In this document: positions 26,301-27,066 of the stretch, in pieces | Layout of the letters: the number at the start of each line of letters is the position of its first letter | Numbering within the stretch: position 1 is the stretch's first letter | From: a virus | Lineage: Duplodnaviria; Caudoviricetes | Reading direction: 5' to 3' (one strand) | Length of the DNA: 27,066 nt | Virus record (IMG/VR): IMGVR_UViG_3300043178_000146 | Span: 1-27,066 of that record | Made by a program: the position numbers and the translations under genes | The notes under the pieces: model-generated | What the model was told of the DNA's origin: nothing | Seen by the model: the letters and a program-made list of their open reading frames with translations, nothing else | Database searches by the model: none

Positions 26301-27066
26301 TTTACAAGGAAAAAAGCAAAAATTCAACAATGCTGCGGCCCAGAAAGTCAAACCTCTCAATCAGATTCTCGGCGGAGGAGAAGGACTGTCGGTAATGGTC
26401 CGACCGGTATCTGATGAATTCGGATTCGAGGTGATAGGCCATTATCGCTACGGTCGCGGAGTACTCATCGATAGGAACAATTTGACTTTTCCGACGGATG
26501 ACAGAGGCACAATTGCTAATCGATTGCAGATTCAATTTTCACCGACGGGCGGGTTAACTACGGATCCTCCACAATTCATATCTGGCAGGGCTAACGCAGT
26601 CAATGCTGTTTCGCGATTTGAACAACTCCAGCCTGACGATTATAGAACCGGAGCCACATTCAAGGGATTTGCTGAACCCGGGGATAAGATAACAGACATC
26701 CATGTCACCAGTAAAAGAACATATGATTCTTATGTGAGACGCAATCCGGAGAGTCGAAAATTTTCGGAAGTTGACGCTACGACGCGAGCCGTAACTTTAT
26801 ATGATATGCAGCCAAACTTGTCTAGACTCGGTGATGCATTCCAGGATTGTGCATGTGGTCTTGGTAAAGCTGATTGGCTATCAATTTTGCCGAGAGAGTC
26901 GGTAGATCAAATATTGAGATCATCTTCTACGGGCGATGGAACTGTTGCCGCCGGTGAGATTACAACCGAAGGATTTTTTACGCTTCTAGATAATTTCTTG
27001 ATCGAGAATTATGCTAAAGTTTATCAAGATCACAATGCGATTCGTGAACAAAAAGACGTGGCAGGT
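23356..27066 (+). CDS. Baseplate hub-like protein (gp27/gp44/VgrG-like) with long C-terminal extension; 3' end outside the window
   Basis: ATG 23356 directly after the previous stop; absent from the track because no stop occurs in the window (>=1237 codons); motifs PGSASIQLS, IFWGLISSV, IACKDMLRW, FEFYCDSTGDIIFKPPFY, GNITIPLRPELRIGFPV, FYVQGLSHTY..TTVLTLT. Confidence 0.8.
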   Translation, partial: MANSRQSAFRGTWTANARPYVTLVPDCWISIQSETNLIGCGECKRSIDLNRYVTSINTENYVDSPPGSASIQLSVPDTDVNNFYSDGRLVIQSMMEVEIFAKGYYLVGGVPQYYRIFWGLISSVTQSWSGGVTTINIACKDMLRWWELTVTNLNPAFIGWHGSQVGYQLFQNRFAGFNPYTVIIQLAKEAMGDFLVSTGSFQSFIPDAGRAEGGVFATYSQDIMAYWQLKFSSIWQNLVLFGTSGFAYTVKDQFNKDLSAQEISNRIFDAEDRRLNLNQETAKFRIKPEEQAAYKIQIDRAGDVEFFQNDFQTKLQLATTARDQAGGFEFYCDSTGDIIFKPPFYNVNVIPNKPVSWIQDFEIIDDSITESEAEVYTHIDSSGNAFGGVIDYGLNDPITTPRTGVTDYHLLRRYGWRRLDYQTEWAGNAKKLFYFLLDWMDRQNSRRESGNITIPLRPELRIGFPVWIPKYDSFFYVQGLSHTYSVGGQATTVLTLTAKRSKFIAPKNIGQIIATDEIKKAQKTKARSRELQQKEEREAREAAAAAQKFKGKAFVPQGRDQPESEPIYEVSFPTGVGETSIFVPDAESKGPAILRDPDTGKLLGYPNVVMVYRSTLNALTLAKVKQNIGTNAKPEFTDSQRNRYRTNLLSVNELLRVENREKLVARLRAHRYEAGLTSGGLYDYAHDVNAHFKEFSVIPINSIIWGTGSDRAGRTRNAVNTDVTNSVLSIDEQQEREDNRVRQEQNRDRIKIVTKDIDATIKAIKAKKAEIDKVTRELNDFNKKVPTDPRVLISLNTNPSDLDELNNLIKLRADAASELAEVNFKIQLNNKNLKSKLNNDLQKAALELDAISLANNQKSLKTRISDLDVAIKSKQSSSSIITQRDVITNKLLSLQNELEVLQNELNAKREELVDLQSGLVSPDLASATAAVTEAKIKVQDLQFKIGDLEVQIKNLSAKDPSRAQIQADLNKARQDLIKANNDLQGKKQKFNNAAAQKVKPLNQILGGGEGLSVMVRPVSDEFGFEVIGHYRYGRGVLIDRNNLTFPTDDRGTIANRLQIQFSPTGGLTTDPPQFISGRANAVNAVSRFEQLQPDDYRTGATFKGFAEPGDKITDIHVTSKRTYDSYVRRNPESRKFSEVDATTRAVTLYDMQPNLSRLGDAFQDCACGLGKADWLSILPRESVDQILRSSSTGDGTVAAGEITTEGFFTLLDNFLIENYAKVYQDHNAIREQKDVAG

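Larger units (their letters stand above)
1..27066. mobile_element. Segment of a large myovirus-type (likely jumbo) phage genome: tail/baseplate module with interspersed accessory genes
   Basis: Sheath, tube, tape measure and baseplate-like genes in the usual order; oversized structural proteins; many homing-endonuclease-like genes; no host housekeeping genes; SD-like AGGA/AGGAG before 8779, 10313 and 14419. Confidence 0.88.

Noticed and set aside
1-27066. Bacterial extracellular contractile injection system or tailocin rather than phage
   Set aside because: Long classic tape measure, many homing endonucleases and absence of host genes favour a phage; not fully excluded because no capsid gene is in the window

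Overview
This window looks like the tail morphogenesis region of a large (probably jumbo) contractile-tailed bacteriophage. The + strand structural backbone is a very large tail sheath gene (5'-truncated, ends 2986), tail tube (14419..15147), two probable tail assembly proteins, tape measure (17324..20671), two tube-initiator/baseplate-like paralogs (the second with an inserted GH73/FlgJ-like muramidase domain) and a >1237-aa baseplate hub-like ORF (23356 to the window end) that the ORF track omits. Sheath and tube are separated by about 11.4 kb of AT-richer accessory DNA. It holds a decayed GIY-YIG endonuclease, two Zn-ribbon/PD-(D/E)XK/GNAT (Mom/Hef-like) fusions, two HNH genes, and a central block encoding a kinase-like protein, a HEAT/LRV-repeat protein and an AAA+ ATPase with a non-canonical Walker A. 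The most notable signal is a duplicated 93-nt cassette (promoter plus about 22 N-terminal codons) shared by the otherwise unrelated kinase and repeat protein, echoed by a 32-aa micro-ORF. This suggests a leader-tagged virion-cargo module. All calls come from motif recognition by eye; no database searches were run.
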